The position numbers and the translations under genes were made by a program. Below the pieces are notes generated by a model, which was not told the origin of the DNA, ran no database searches, and was given only the letters and a program-made list of their open reading frames with translations. DNA of 64,000 nucleotides from a virus, in IMG/VR virus record IMGVR_UViG_3300003323_000950, positions 11,659 to 75,658 of that record; one strand, written 5' to 3'. This document shows, in pieces, positions 9,178-17,148 of the stretch. How positions within the stretch are numbered: the first letter of the stretch is position 1; each line of letters opens with the position of its first letter.

Positions 9178-9462
9178 TCAACCAAATGCCCCGCCGACAA
9201 AAAGCAGAAAAATACCAACAGATTGAAACACTAAAGTTATTATCAGCATTCTGTAGCTGTCTTTAAATTGGTATTTAGCCTGGGTCAGGTTGTGGACAAG
9301 CCTCGGGTTATTATTTGGATTATTCATTTGTTGAATCGTCTTATGCAAAAGACGGCGGTGAAATTCGAAGTGCCATATGCTGGCAAGCACCGGTAACGCC
9401 TGAATTATCAGGAACATGATCAAGTACACGTTCATTGTATTACTTCTGTGGTTTTGATCCAA
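9178..9462 (-). CDS. Small two-TM membrane protein
   Basis: Two hydrophobic helices. Confidence 0.55.
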   Translation of the reverse strand: MDQNHRSNTMNVYLIMFLIIQALPVLASIWHFEFHRRLLHKTIQQMNNPNNNPRLVHNLTQAKYQFKDSYRMLIITLVFQSVGIFLLFVGGAFG

Positions 9463-9656
9463 TCGTGCTGGTTTTTGATCTTGTTGGAAACATACGATCC
9501 AGCCGAATCAGAGGCTATTAACTCCTCCCATTTGTCAATGGTGACGCGGAGATAGTTATACAACTTACCTCCTTTGTATTGAACTTGAAGAGTGGACGTT
9601 TTTTCATCGTATGCCACCCTTTCTACATTCGATGAATTTTCGATTTTCTTGTACAT
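9432..9656 (-). CDS. KTSC-domain protein
   Basis: SSNVERVAYD...TLQVQYKGGKLYNY..V....WEELIASDSAGSYV...IK. Confidence 0.9.
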   Translation of the reverse strand: MYKKIENSSNVERVAYDEKTSTLQVQYKGGKLYNYLRVTIDKWEELIASDSAGSYVSNKIKNQHDWIKTTEVIQ

Positions 9657-9661
9657 GGTTT

Positions 9662-10150
9662 TTAGTACTTAAGTCCGAAAACAAGCTTGGCGGCGTCACG
9701 GTTGTGTTCGTTTGAAGAGCCCTGCCAGCCGGTGAATTTTTTCATCTCCTCGGCATCCCACTTCCTGGTCTTGGGCTGCACCTGGCGGAAACGTATTCTC
9801 CTTTTATTCATGTATTCCATGAACAGAAATGCGTTCTCCTTATTGCGGCCGACATCCTGGGCGATCTTCCGCATCATGCGCTCTGTAGTTCCTGGCCTTA
9901 CGAATGCGGGCTCGTTAAGTTGCGGATCTTCGATGACGATCTCTAAATCGGTTTCGAAATCCAGTTCGCCTGGAAGAACGGTTTCTTTGGCGAGCTCTTC
10001 CTTGATTACCTTTTCGAATGTATCAAGCAGCTTGATAGTGCCCCAGAAGTCCAGTAGCATCAGCTTAACAAGGCGCTTCTTGCTGACCTGGTATATGGCA
10101 ATCCCGGTGTTGCGGCCGGGATCTATACCTAAAAAAAATTTCTCTTTCAT
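9662..10150 (-). CDS. RuvC-like Holliday junction resolvase
   Basis: LGIDPGRNTGIA, IVIED, V.P...W, EHNRDAA. Confidence 0.8.
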   Translation of the reverse strand: MKEKFFLGIDPGRNTGIAIYQVSKKRLVKLMLLDFWGTIKLLDTFEKVIKEELAKETVLPGELDFETDLEIVIEDPQLNEPAFVRPGTTERMMRKIAQDVGRNKENAFLFMEYMNKRRIRFRQVQPKTRKWDAEEMKKFTGWQGSSNEHNRDAAKLVFGLKY

Positions 10151-10980
10151 CGTCTGCTCTTTGCGTCTTTACTGAATCGAATGACGTTGTATGACTCGCG
10201 CAGGCGGTCCCGGAAACGGGTACCATAACGCTCTTCCAGTTCATCGGGACCAAGATTAGTAACGATGTGCGTGGCGTTTTGCGGTAGCTTGTTGTCATAC
10301 CGATTCATGATAATCTCAGCCATCACATTCTTCTGGGTACCAAAAGAGTTTTGCCGCTCTTCTGTGCCAAGGTCATCGAAACATAGTCCTATCGAGGTCT
10401 GGCGCCATGGATTCGCGTTGGTTGGAACATCGATCATTCGACTGTACCGGTTGATAACTGTCTCACTTTCTTCAACCATATCCTTAATCTTTCCCTCCAT
10501 TAACCATTCGTTGCACACGTCGCGGCATTGCGCCATCCGATACGACAAATTCTGGTTGTGAAAGAAGAACGACATAATGTGCGACTTGCCGCAGCCGGAT
10601 GGACCCATGAGAAGTATTCCCTTTTTGAGGTCGTATTTTTCGGTGTTAAACGCCGGATCCTTCGCGAAATAAAGGCAAAGCCTGTGCACGAGCTCGTTGT
10701 TGTCATCATCGACCTTGTATGGCTTTCCAGTTCTGGATCGAGTCAAAAGAAGCTGCTGGTACATGTGACTGGCGGTGACGTATCCGATAGGCTGTTGCTT
10801 GATTTTCTCAAACCATTCTTTCTTGTTCTGCTCTACCCACTTTTCCTCGCGGGCAAGGCGCAGGGCCTCCGCAGTCTCCTCGGGCGTCAGGACTATATCG
10901 CTATATTGGTTTTTCGTAGTCAATTGACCCGGGTCTGATAACGGCGCTAATTGCTCCATTCGTGCTTTTAGTGGATGCAT
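10147..10980 (-). CDS. DnaC/IstB-like AAA+ helicase loader
   Basis: Walker A GPSGCGKS, Walker B LCFDDLGTE, IVTNL, RYGTRFRDRL. Confidence 0.88.
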   Translation of the reverse strand: MHPLKARMEQLAPLSDPGQLTTKNQYSDIVLTPEETAEALRLAREEKWVEQNKKEWFEKIKQQPIGYVTASHMYQQLLLTRSRTGKPYKVDDDNNELVHRLCLYFAKDPAFNTEKYDLKKGILLMGPSGCGKSHIMSFFFHNQNLSYRMAQCRDVCNEWLMEGKIKDMVEESETVINRYSRMIDVPTNANPWRQTSIGLCFDDLGTEERQNSFGTQKNVMAEIIMNRYDNKLPQNATHIVTNLGPDELEERYGTRFRDRLRESYNVIRFSKDAKSRR

Positions 10981-11704
10981 AATTGTTTTTGTTTTCTTCG
11001 TAGATACCTGTATAACCGTTTCCAGCGCTGTGGATAAGTGCGGCGATCGCGCGAGCTTCGCCCAGATCGCTGCATTTTTTTAACTGAAGGCGGCGGGCCG
11101 TTGGGGTTCGTTTTGTTTTTAGTTTCTCACCAATATGCTTCTCCCAAATAGCCCATGCCTCTTTAAATTCCAAACTTTTAAAAGGCAAATCCGGTTCCGC
11201 AGGACTATTATCACTGATAGTATGATTGATAGTATTATCTATGATACTATAATTGTCCGAATTTTCATCCGTAGGTCCATCGGCGTTTGATCCGGTGGTT
11301 GGCCGATTTTCGTCCATAGGTTCTGATTTCAAGGCCCGATGGGTCGGTTTTCCATCCGTAGGTTTTGCGGTTGAAAAAGCCAGCAGATGAAACTTCCGCC
11401 CGAATGTGTAGAATGGTTTATTGAGTTCCTTATTTGAAGGATGAGCTTCGAGTAATTCCTGTTCACACATTGACTTTATGCGGCGATAAACACCATCTTT
11501 ACTTTTTATGCCAAGCATCGGCATCTCCTCGATTATTTTTTTGTAATCAAACCAGTAATAGCTTTTGTTATTGTGATACAGGGTAGCCATTTTACCGGTA
11601 TGTACAAAAGACTCGAAGAAATCCAATATGGCGGCATCGATAAGATCCAAGTCAAAGCCATTGTTAATGATGGCATACTGATTAATACGAATGTTGTATT
11701 TCAT
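10901..11704 (-). CDS. Replication initiator (lambda O-like architecture)
   Basis: Start at ATG 11704 (MKYNIRINQ); winged-helix-like N-terminus, repeat-containing linker, C-terminal FKEAW..W...NGYTGI domain; directly upstream of the loader. Confidence 0.8.
   Translation of the reverse strand: MKYNIRINQYAIINNGFDLDLIDAAILDFFESFVHTGKMATLYHNNKSYYWFDYKKIIEEMPMLGIKSKDGVYRRIKSMCEQELLEAHPSNKELNKPFYTFGRKFHLLAFSTAKPTDGKPTHRALKSEPMDENRPTTGSNADGPTDENSDNYSIIDNTINHTISDNSPAEPDLPFKSLEFKEAWAIWEKHIGEKLKTKRTPTARRLQLKKCSDLGEARAIAALIHSAGNGYTGIYEENKNNYASTKSTNGAISAVIRPGSIDYEKPI
11208..11363. repeat. Putative replication origin: three iterons plus AT-rich tract inside the initiator gene
   Basis: TTTTCATCCGTAGGT (11262-76), TTTTCGTCCATAGGT (11307-21), TTTCCATCCGTAGGT (11349-63); AT-rich 11208-11255. 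Confidence 0.7.
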
Positions 11705-11722
11705 GGTTAAGTAGGGTTTAAA

Positions 11723-11741
11723 ATGTAACTGCAAGTTATGC
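11723..11741 (-). promoter_or_regulatory. Operator copy upstream of the initiator gene
   Basis: ATGTAAC-TGCAA-GTTATGC. Confidence 0.55.
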
Positions 11742-11767
11742 GCGAGAATGCGCATAGTAATCCACAA

Positions 11768-12481
11768 TCAATCCACAAAGAATCCACAATCCTCTGCCGG
11801 CTTGTCTTTCCGCAGGATATAATCCATCACGCCATTAAACTCGCAGAAGGTAATCAGCCCGCGCAAGTTGGAATTAAGCTCGTGATGCATTTCTCTGTTC
11901 GGGAAGAAACTAAAGTCCGACGGGGTGATCTCTCGGTAATCCCGCGACTCAGTTGGCTCCTTGTATGAAAAAACGTGGTAGGTAATGCGCTGCGCTTCGC
12001 TGCCAATAAGGTAGCACCGCCACTGCATGGATGATTCGAAGAAACCGTAATTCATCGGCCTGGAGGATGTCTTATGCTCATGTAGGCAGTCGCCCTCTAT
12101 TCCATCAAATCGCATACGGAATTCAATCTCATACCGATCATCAAGAACATATAGGAACGTGTGCCAAGTCTCCCAGGTCATATTCGGATGCGCATGGTGA
12201 TAGGCATCCGCATACTTCGCTTCCTGCTCTTTCAGGACGACTATATCGGGCATGTCATCAGCCTTTACGAGGTATAGGCCGGTCTTTGGATCGAAGAATC
12301 GTTTCTTTCCATACTGCATAACAGCATGGAAGGCCGTCCCAAATTCGGCCTTAGCAGAATACTTCGATTCGCCGGTGATTGTTTCTATGACATTCTCCCG
12401 GGTGATAGTACCGTTATACTCCTCTTCGTTGTATAAGCGGTACTTCTCTACCTTACTGGGGGAAAGCTTCAGCTTTATCAC
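11768..12481 (-). CDS. PD-(D/E)XK exonuclease (Cas4/RecB-like recombination nuclease)
   Basis: LSPS, FGTAFH, E...RFDG....LHEHKT, MQWRCY. Confidence 0.8.
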   Translation of the reverse strand: MIKLKLSPSKVEKYRLYNEEEYNGTITRENVIETITGESKYSAKAEFGTAFHAVMQYGKKRFFDPKTGLYLVKADDMPDIVVLKEQEAKYADAYHHAHPNMTWETWHTFLYVLDDRYEIEFRMRFDGIEGDCLHEHKTSSRPMNYGFFESSMQWRCYLIGSEAQRITYHVFSYKEPTESRDYREITPSDFSFFPNREMHHELNSNLRGLITFCEFNGVMDYILRKDKPAEDCGFFVD

Positions 12482-13929
12482 TGGGCTGCAGATGATCCAA
12501 CCGTATTGGGCTCGGGTTGGTTATCAAATTCTTGCTGTATTGACTGTTCCGTAGGCGCCTTGAATGGCATGTCGCTAAAGACATAATTCCGCATGTTCTG
12601 GTTGACGTTGAACAGGTGCGTGGCGTGGTCGGCATCCGTGATGGTCATCGGACCATTGAACTTTTCAGAATTTGCCATTACTGTCTTACCAACCCGGTTT
12701 AAAAACCACTCTTCGTGTTTCAGAAGGTCGCCATCAATTTCAACTGATGTGGTGGGCTTGGCTGGTGGTGCTTCAACTTTAGCCGGCTCAGGATCTGGTT
12801 TTGCCGGTATTTCTGCGGGCGCCTCCTGCTTCGGAATAGCGGGCGTTTTTTTGCCCTTGGCTGCATTATCTGCCTTAAGCGCATACTTCTTTGTAGCTCC
12901 ATCGAATCGTACGCCTACAGCCTCCATAAGCGCCTTAAATGCATCGCGCAATTCCGACTGCACATGCTTCGGTAGAGCCGTAATGCGATCACCAAGACGG
13001 TCGAAATCTTCTGGCGTCTTCATATGCTCGGAATCCATGTTCTCAGCAGCCCACAGCTCGGCATACTTCTTACCCCAGAACTGCAGCACTTGAGCTTTGT
13101 AGATCGGCGATAGCTTCTGAATGTCATTATCCATGACCTTTAATTCTTCAACGTTCTGAATACCGATAATCAGGTCCTTGTATTCTTCGACCTTCTTCAT
13201 GGCTTCAACCTGCTTGTCGCCTTGCCGGCGCATGTGCGCTTTCGTCTCACTGATTATCTTACCGAGGAAATTAGGCCATTCGGGTGCGGTAAAGTGCGGA
13301 AGATTAAACTTTGCAAAGCCTGCACAGTTTTTACCGGTGTGAACGCTGGTAGGGTTGAAATCCAACGTTGCCTTTTCTCCAACCATCGACACGTACCCTA
13401 CCAGATCAGCTTTTGATAGCAGGATATCGAATGAACCACCGGTCATCTGCGGGAAGAATTTAGAGGTATCCCCATCGTTTTCCTTTTTGGAATGGCAGAC
13501 AAAAACGATATCTATTTTCAGTTCCCTTAGTTTGTTGAAAAACTTTAAGCAGATATCTTTCATTACTCCAAAACCTTTCAATCCAAGTGCTCCGGTCTCT
13601 GTTGCGATGCCCTTACCGCCGATTTTCAGAATGTGGGCTGCTATGTAATCGTCAAGCATTGTGCCTGCGGTATCGGCAATAATGGTCTTGATACCCTCCT
13701 CCTGAATGGTCTTGCTCTCAATGAGGTCCAGCGCATCAGGCCAGTTGTCGAACTTTACCGAAAGCTTCCGGCCGACAGCCCGCTGCAGACCTTTGTCAAA
13801 GTCCAAGCATATTGGATCATCGGCCGTGAAAGCTAGGGAAGATTTACCCGTACCCGGGTCTCCGAAGATTATCACTACAATGCTTCCTACATCGAGCGCT
13901 TCATCCTCATAAATTAGTTTGTAAGCCAT
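12478..13929 (-). CDS. AAA-family ATPase, Sak4-like annealase, with C-terminal extension
   Basis: GDPGTGKS, LDFDKG, IIADT, FVCH, ADLVGY; paired with an exonuclease. Confidence 0.8.
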   Translation of the reverse strand: MAYKLIYEDEALDVGSIVVIIFGDPGTGKSSLAFTADDPICLDFDKGLQRAVGRKLSVKFDNWPDALDLIESKTIQEEGIKTIIADTAGTMLDDYIAAHILKIGGKGIATETGALGLKGFGVMKDICLKFFNKLRELKIDIVFVCHSKKENDGDTSKFFPQMTGGSFDILLSKADLVGYVSMVGEKATLDFNPTSVHTGKNCAGFAKFNLPHFTAPEWPNFLGKIISETKAHMRRQGDKQVEAMKKVEEYKDLIIGIQNVEELKVMDNDIQKLSPIYKAQVLQFWGKKYAELWAAENMDSEHMKTPEDFDRLGDRITALPKHVQSELRDAFKALMEAVGVRFDGATKKYALKADNAAKGKKTPAIPKQEAPAEIPAKPDPEPAKVEAPPAKPTTSVEIDGDLLKHEEWFLNRVGKTVMANSEKFNGPMTITDADHATHLFNVNQNMRNYVFSDMPFKAPTEQSIQQEFDNQPEPNTVGSSAAQ

Positions 13930-13953
13930 AATAAAAAGTTTGGTTTTGTGTTT

Positions 13954-14289
13954 TTAGTCCTGGCCGTCGCTCAGGAGTTTTTCTTCGTACTTCCGTAGAT
14001 CTTCGATGGCGATCTCTGCCTTCGCACGCAGTTTCACCCATTTATCGTTCTTGCTGAACTCCTTCTGCTTGTCGGCGGGCGTGTAAATAGCGCCGTTGCG
14101 ATACTTGATTCCGTCCTCTACAAGCTCGGGAAGTATATCCTTCATGGCCTTTTTCTGGCCCCGGCCTACCAAGCCAAGCCGATCGTTTTCTGCATTCATG
14201 AGGCGTTCAGCCGCCTGGTACACCCCTTTTGGAAAATCCAATTGCCGCTTAATTGTCGCGCCGTCCCGGTCAATAGTGTCTTGTTTCAT
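13954..14289 (-). CDS. Putative ribbon-helix-helix transcription regulator
   Basis: Start ATG 14289; KRQLDFP strand, then helix GVYQAAERLM and helix MKDILPELVEDGI; operator in its own promoter. Confidence 0.55.
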   Translation of the reverse strand: MKQDTIDRDGATIKRQLDFPKGVYQAAERLMNAENDRLGLVGRGQKKAMKDILPELVEDGIKYRNGAIYTPADKQKEFSKNDKWVKLRAKAEIAIEDLRKYEEKLLSDGQD

Positions 14290-14310
14290 AATTAATCGTA
14301 AAATATTATA

Positions 14311-14332
14311 CAAATATAACACGACGTTACAC
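14311..14332 (-). promoter_or_regulatory. Promoter TATATTTG overlapped by operator
   Basis: CAAATATAAC-ACGAC-GTTACAC. Confidence 0.7.
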
Positions 14333-14333
14333 C

Positions 14334-14771
14334 CTAACCAAAACAGATTTTTTCTTCGGTTTCACGTGGAACATTTAATAGGCCGAGATTCCCCTTTACC
14401 GGAAAGGATACTACCGGCCGGATGTTGTCCAGGCAAATGGACTTAAGACCGGGCTGCCACCTTACAAAGGCTTCCTTCTGATCTTCGACTTTATTCATGT
14501 CCCGATAATCGTAAGCGTTAACGACAGCAATAGCGATCCCGCAGGCACCGTAGATATCAAAATGCAACTTTTTACGTATGGCGTTGAAATCGTTCCATTG
14601 CTCCTGCGTCATTATCGCCCGCACTTCGTCCGGCGTTTTCGGCTTCTTAGAAGAAGCTATCAGAATGTCGCCGCGGTATGCCATATTCCTGTTCCACATC
14701 CTTGTCTCAATTGTCTTCACCTTCATCGCTATCAGGCTGGCGAAAGGCTGCTGCACCATTAAAAGCTTCAT
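14334..14771 (-). CDS. ASCH-domain protein
   Basis: VQQPFASLIAMKVKTIETR.W...YRGDILIAS, PVKGNLGL. Confidence 0.9.
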   Translation of the reverse strand: MKLLMVQQPFASLIAMKVKTIETRMWNRNMAYRGDILIASSKKPKTPDEVRAIMTQEQWNDFNAIRKKLHFDIYGACGIAIAVVNAYDYRDMNKVEDQKEAFVRWQPGLKSICLDNIRPVVSFPVKGNLGLLNVPRETEEKICFG

Positions 14772-14773
14772 CC

Positions 14774-15343
14774 TTACGCCATGTATTGTTCAAATACGGA
14801 AATGAATTGCTCTTTGGCTTCCATAGGGTCCATGCCCCAGGGCGCTTTTTTGAGCGGGTGGCTGGCGGGAAGCGTTTTCCGGCCATCTCCGGTAACAAAT
14901 GAACGCTCCAGCTTGTAAACATCCTTGTCCGCTTCTTTGATATGATCGTGAAGTGCGGTTAACTGGCTAAATCGCAAGCCAAAAGCTTGCATAATAGCCC
15001 AATCCGCCTTATCACATATACCGGAATAAACAGTGTTGACCTTGTTTTCCTGGCCGCTGTTGAACATCAGGAACCGTTTTAATGGTGAAGTGAGGTCCTG
15101 GTAATAGGCTTCGTGGGCATCATGTAGCAGGAAATACGCCGCATACATCTTGCTTGGGGACAGCATGGACACGTAGATGCTGTGCTCTGCAACTGAGTAG
15201 AACTTATTGACGTGGCCGGCGTATCGGCACTGGTGCGCCAGCGAATGCGCGATGTCTTCAATGTTTATTTTTTCAACCGGCGGACCTTCCTGCAGGTTGA
15301 TCATATGACCTGTGTAGGTCCTGATCAAGAAATCTGAATCCAT
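14774..15343 (-). CDS. HD-domain phosphohydrolase (YfdR/YfbR-like deoxynucleotidase)
   Basis: IEDIAHSLA.QCRYAGH...FYSVAEHS, LLHDAHEAY..D..SPLK, IKEAD. Confidence 0.9.
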   Translation of the reverse strand: MDSDFLIRTYTGHMINLQEGPPVEKINIEDIAHSLAHQCRYAGHVNKFYSVAEHSIYVSMLSPSKMYAAYFLLHDAHEAYYQDLTSPLKRFLMFNSGQENKVNTVYSGICDKADWAIMQAFGLRFSQLTALHDHIKEADKDVYKLERSFVTGDGRKTLPASHPLKKAPWGMDPMEAKEQFISVFEQYMA

Positions 15344-15375
15344 AAAAGTTGTGATTTAAGTCTGATTTGTGATAA

Positions 15376-15397
15376 CAAATGTAACTTGAAATTACAT
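15376..15397 (-). promoter_or_regulatory. Promoter TACATTTG overlapped by operator
   Basis: CAAATGTAAC-TTGAA-ATTACAT; -33 TTTG upstream on the minus strand. Confidence 0.75.
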
Positions 15398-15435
15398 AAA
15401 CACAAATATTTTTCGTAGAATTGCTAACACAAAAC

Positions 15436-15464
15436 AAAAAGGGCCAGCGTTAGCCGACCCTTTT
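15436..15464 (-). terminator. Rho-independent terminator
   Basis: AAAAGGGTCGGC-TAAC-GCTGGCCCTTTTT on the minus strand. Confidence 0.8.
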
Positions 15465-15535
15465 ACCCCAAACTTCTTAGTAATACTTAGATGTGCGAAG
15501 AAAAGTCTTACCGGTACAAATATAACATTACAACT

Positions 15536-15976
15536 ATGAAAACATCAATCATCCTCACTCTTCTCATTATCACTCTCGGCAGCTGTATGTATTCTGGTAT
15601 GGATGATGATTATACCAGTATAGATCCAAAACTGCGGCCATATTTGAAACTATTTATTAAAGAAGCTTCAAGTCGAGGAATCTATGTTGATACCGTCAAT
15701 TTGAAATTGGTTTTTGGGAAAAGTGGAAAAGAGGGAGTGACATACTACGATACCAAAACAATAATTATTGATAGCACATCTTATTCATGGAAACATCTTC
15801 CGGAATGCCTACTCATGCATGAGTTCGGACACCTTTTTTTATATAGAAAACATGATGACCGACTATTGCAAAATGGCCTACCGAAATCGTTAATGACATC
15901 GAAGGCTATTCCGATTTTATATATTGAAAATAATATGGGTTATTATTTTGATGAATTATTTACACTTCATAAGTAA
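15536..15976 (+). CDS. Lipoprotein zinc metalloprotease (HExxH), moron-like
   Basis: MKTSII...LGSC lipobox; LLMHEFGHLFLYRKH...SLM metzincin-like motif; AT-rich, opposite strand. Confidence 0.75.
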   Translation: MKTSIILTLLIITLGSCMYSGMDDDYTSIDPKLRPYLKLFIKEASSRGIYVDTVNLKLVFGKSGKEGVTYYDTKTIIIDSTSYSWKHLPECLLMHEFGHLFLYRKHDDRLLQNGLPKSLMTSKAIPILYIENNMGYYFDELFTLHK

Positions 15977-17105
15977 TGTACACGGTTCCTCTATCTATAG
16001 AAGTCGAACTAAATATTGATGCATCGAATTGATTGCCGCCATGTATAATTTTTAAACCGATGGTGCTGGGTGTTAATTCATATAGTCCCGCAGTTGTAGC
16101 GCTGGAATTTTCCCTGCCTCCAATCAAACTATATCTTCTATCCTGAGCATCGTTAAATACCATTACATCTACAGCGATAACCTTGTTCCAGGAAGCACCA
16201 AGTCCATGAGTTATAACTTTGTCGGCACCTTGCATATTCCAAACGCCGATCGGAATTTTCTTAACTACTTTCCTAACGTTGTCATCAGATGATGTAGATA
16301 CAATAACGTTAAGACTTGGCAATTTGAGTAAATCTGCGGCAGCAACTGTAGACGATATAAGCTTACCAGTACCATTTGATATAACAGCCCTATCAGGAAT
16401 CAAATTACTTGTTAAAACAGTTGTTATTGCTCCTGTTATAATATCCTGTTTGGTGCCTAAAGCAGTATTTAAACTATTTATTTGTCCCTGAACATTACCG
16501 GTAAGCCCTGAAAGGTTTGATGTCAGCGATGGAGATGTTGTTAGATTTCCGTCAGTATCCGTTACAGCAATTTCATTTGCTGCAAAATTTATCAGCCCAA
16601 ATTCCTTTCTGCCAGCCCTTGTATATGTAACTCCGGTGTCATCCAGCGCTGTCGCAGCAGCTGGCATATAGAGGTACCCCAGTATAATTTGTTTGTTTGG
16701 ATCGGTGAGCGCCGGAGCTACCGGGCTCGCGGCTGGTGTACCTTGGATGATCGAGTACAGCGCCTGCTGACCGCCGACAACAAGGACGTATTGATGTTCA
16801 GCAATGACTATATCAATGCGCGGATTGATTCCGTTACCTGGTGCTATGGAACCTATCGTCAGGGAGTCATCCTGCTTTATTACGATCCCCTGTTTTGTTA
16901 TAAAGCATCCCATCTTCGCAGATGCTTCACCATCCTTATCAACATCGGTAAACCCTGTTGTTTGGTGGTTTAATTGAAGGTTCAGGTCAGAAGCCGGAAC
17001 AAAATCAAATCCGTGATAAAGCCCCCATGGTATTATTCCAGTAAAGCAGCGATTGAAAAGTGCAGTTGCATCATCGTCTTTGTAGTTCCATCTTCTGTCT
17101 TGCAT
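15960..17105 (-). CDS. Tail fibre / baseplate-attached fibre protein
   Basis: NPRIDIV...GTPAASPVAPAL...LGYLYM fibre anchor motif; at the end of the tail operon. Confidence 0.75.
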   Translation of the reverse strand: MQDRRWNYKDDDATALFNRCFTGIIPWGLYHGFDFVPASDLNLQLNHQTTGFTDVDKDGEASAKMGCFITKQGIVIKQDDSLTIGSIAPGNGINPRIDIVIAEHQYVLVVGGQQALYSIIQGTPAASPVAPALTDPNKQIILGYLYMPAAATALDDTGVTYTRAGRKEFGLINFAANEIAVTDTDGNLTTSPSLTSNLSGLTGNVQGQINSLNTALGTKQDIITGAITTVLTSNLIPDRAVISNGTGKLISSTVAAADLLKLPSLNVIVSTSSDDNVRKVVKKIPIGVWNMQGADKVITHGLGASWNKVIAVDVMVFNDAQDRRYSLIGGRENSSATTAGLYELTPSTIGLKIIHGGNQFDASIFSSTSIDRGTVYITYEV

Positions 17106-17148
17106 GACTTTTTATTTATAATGTAAAAATAAATGTTGCCGAGTTTAA

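Noticed and set aside
11768-12481. Cas4 of a CRISPR system
   Set aside because: No four-Cys cluster, no cas1/cas2 or array; paired with a Sak4-like ATPase as a recombination module.
14774-15343. DatZ of a 2-aminoadenine (Z-genome) pathway
   Set aside because: No purZ or dedicated polymerase in the window; motifs fit the common YfdR-like family.
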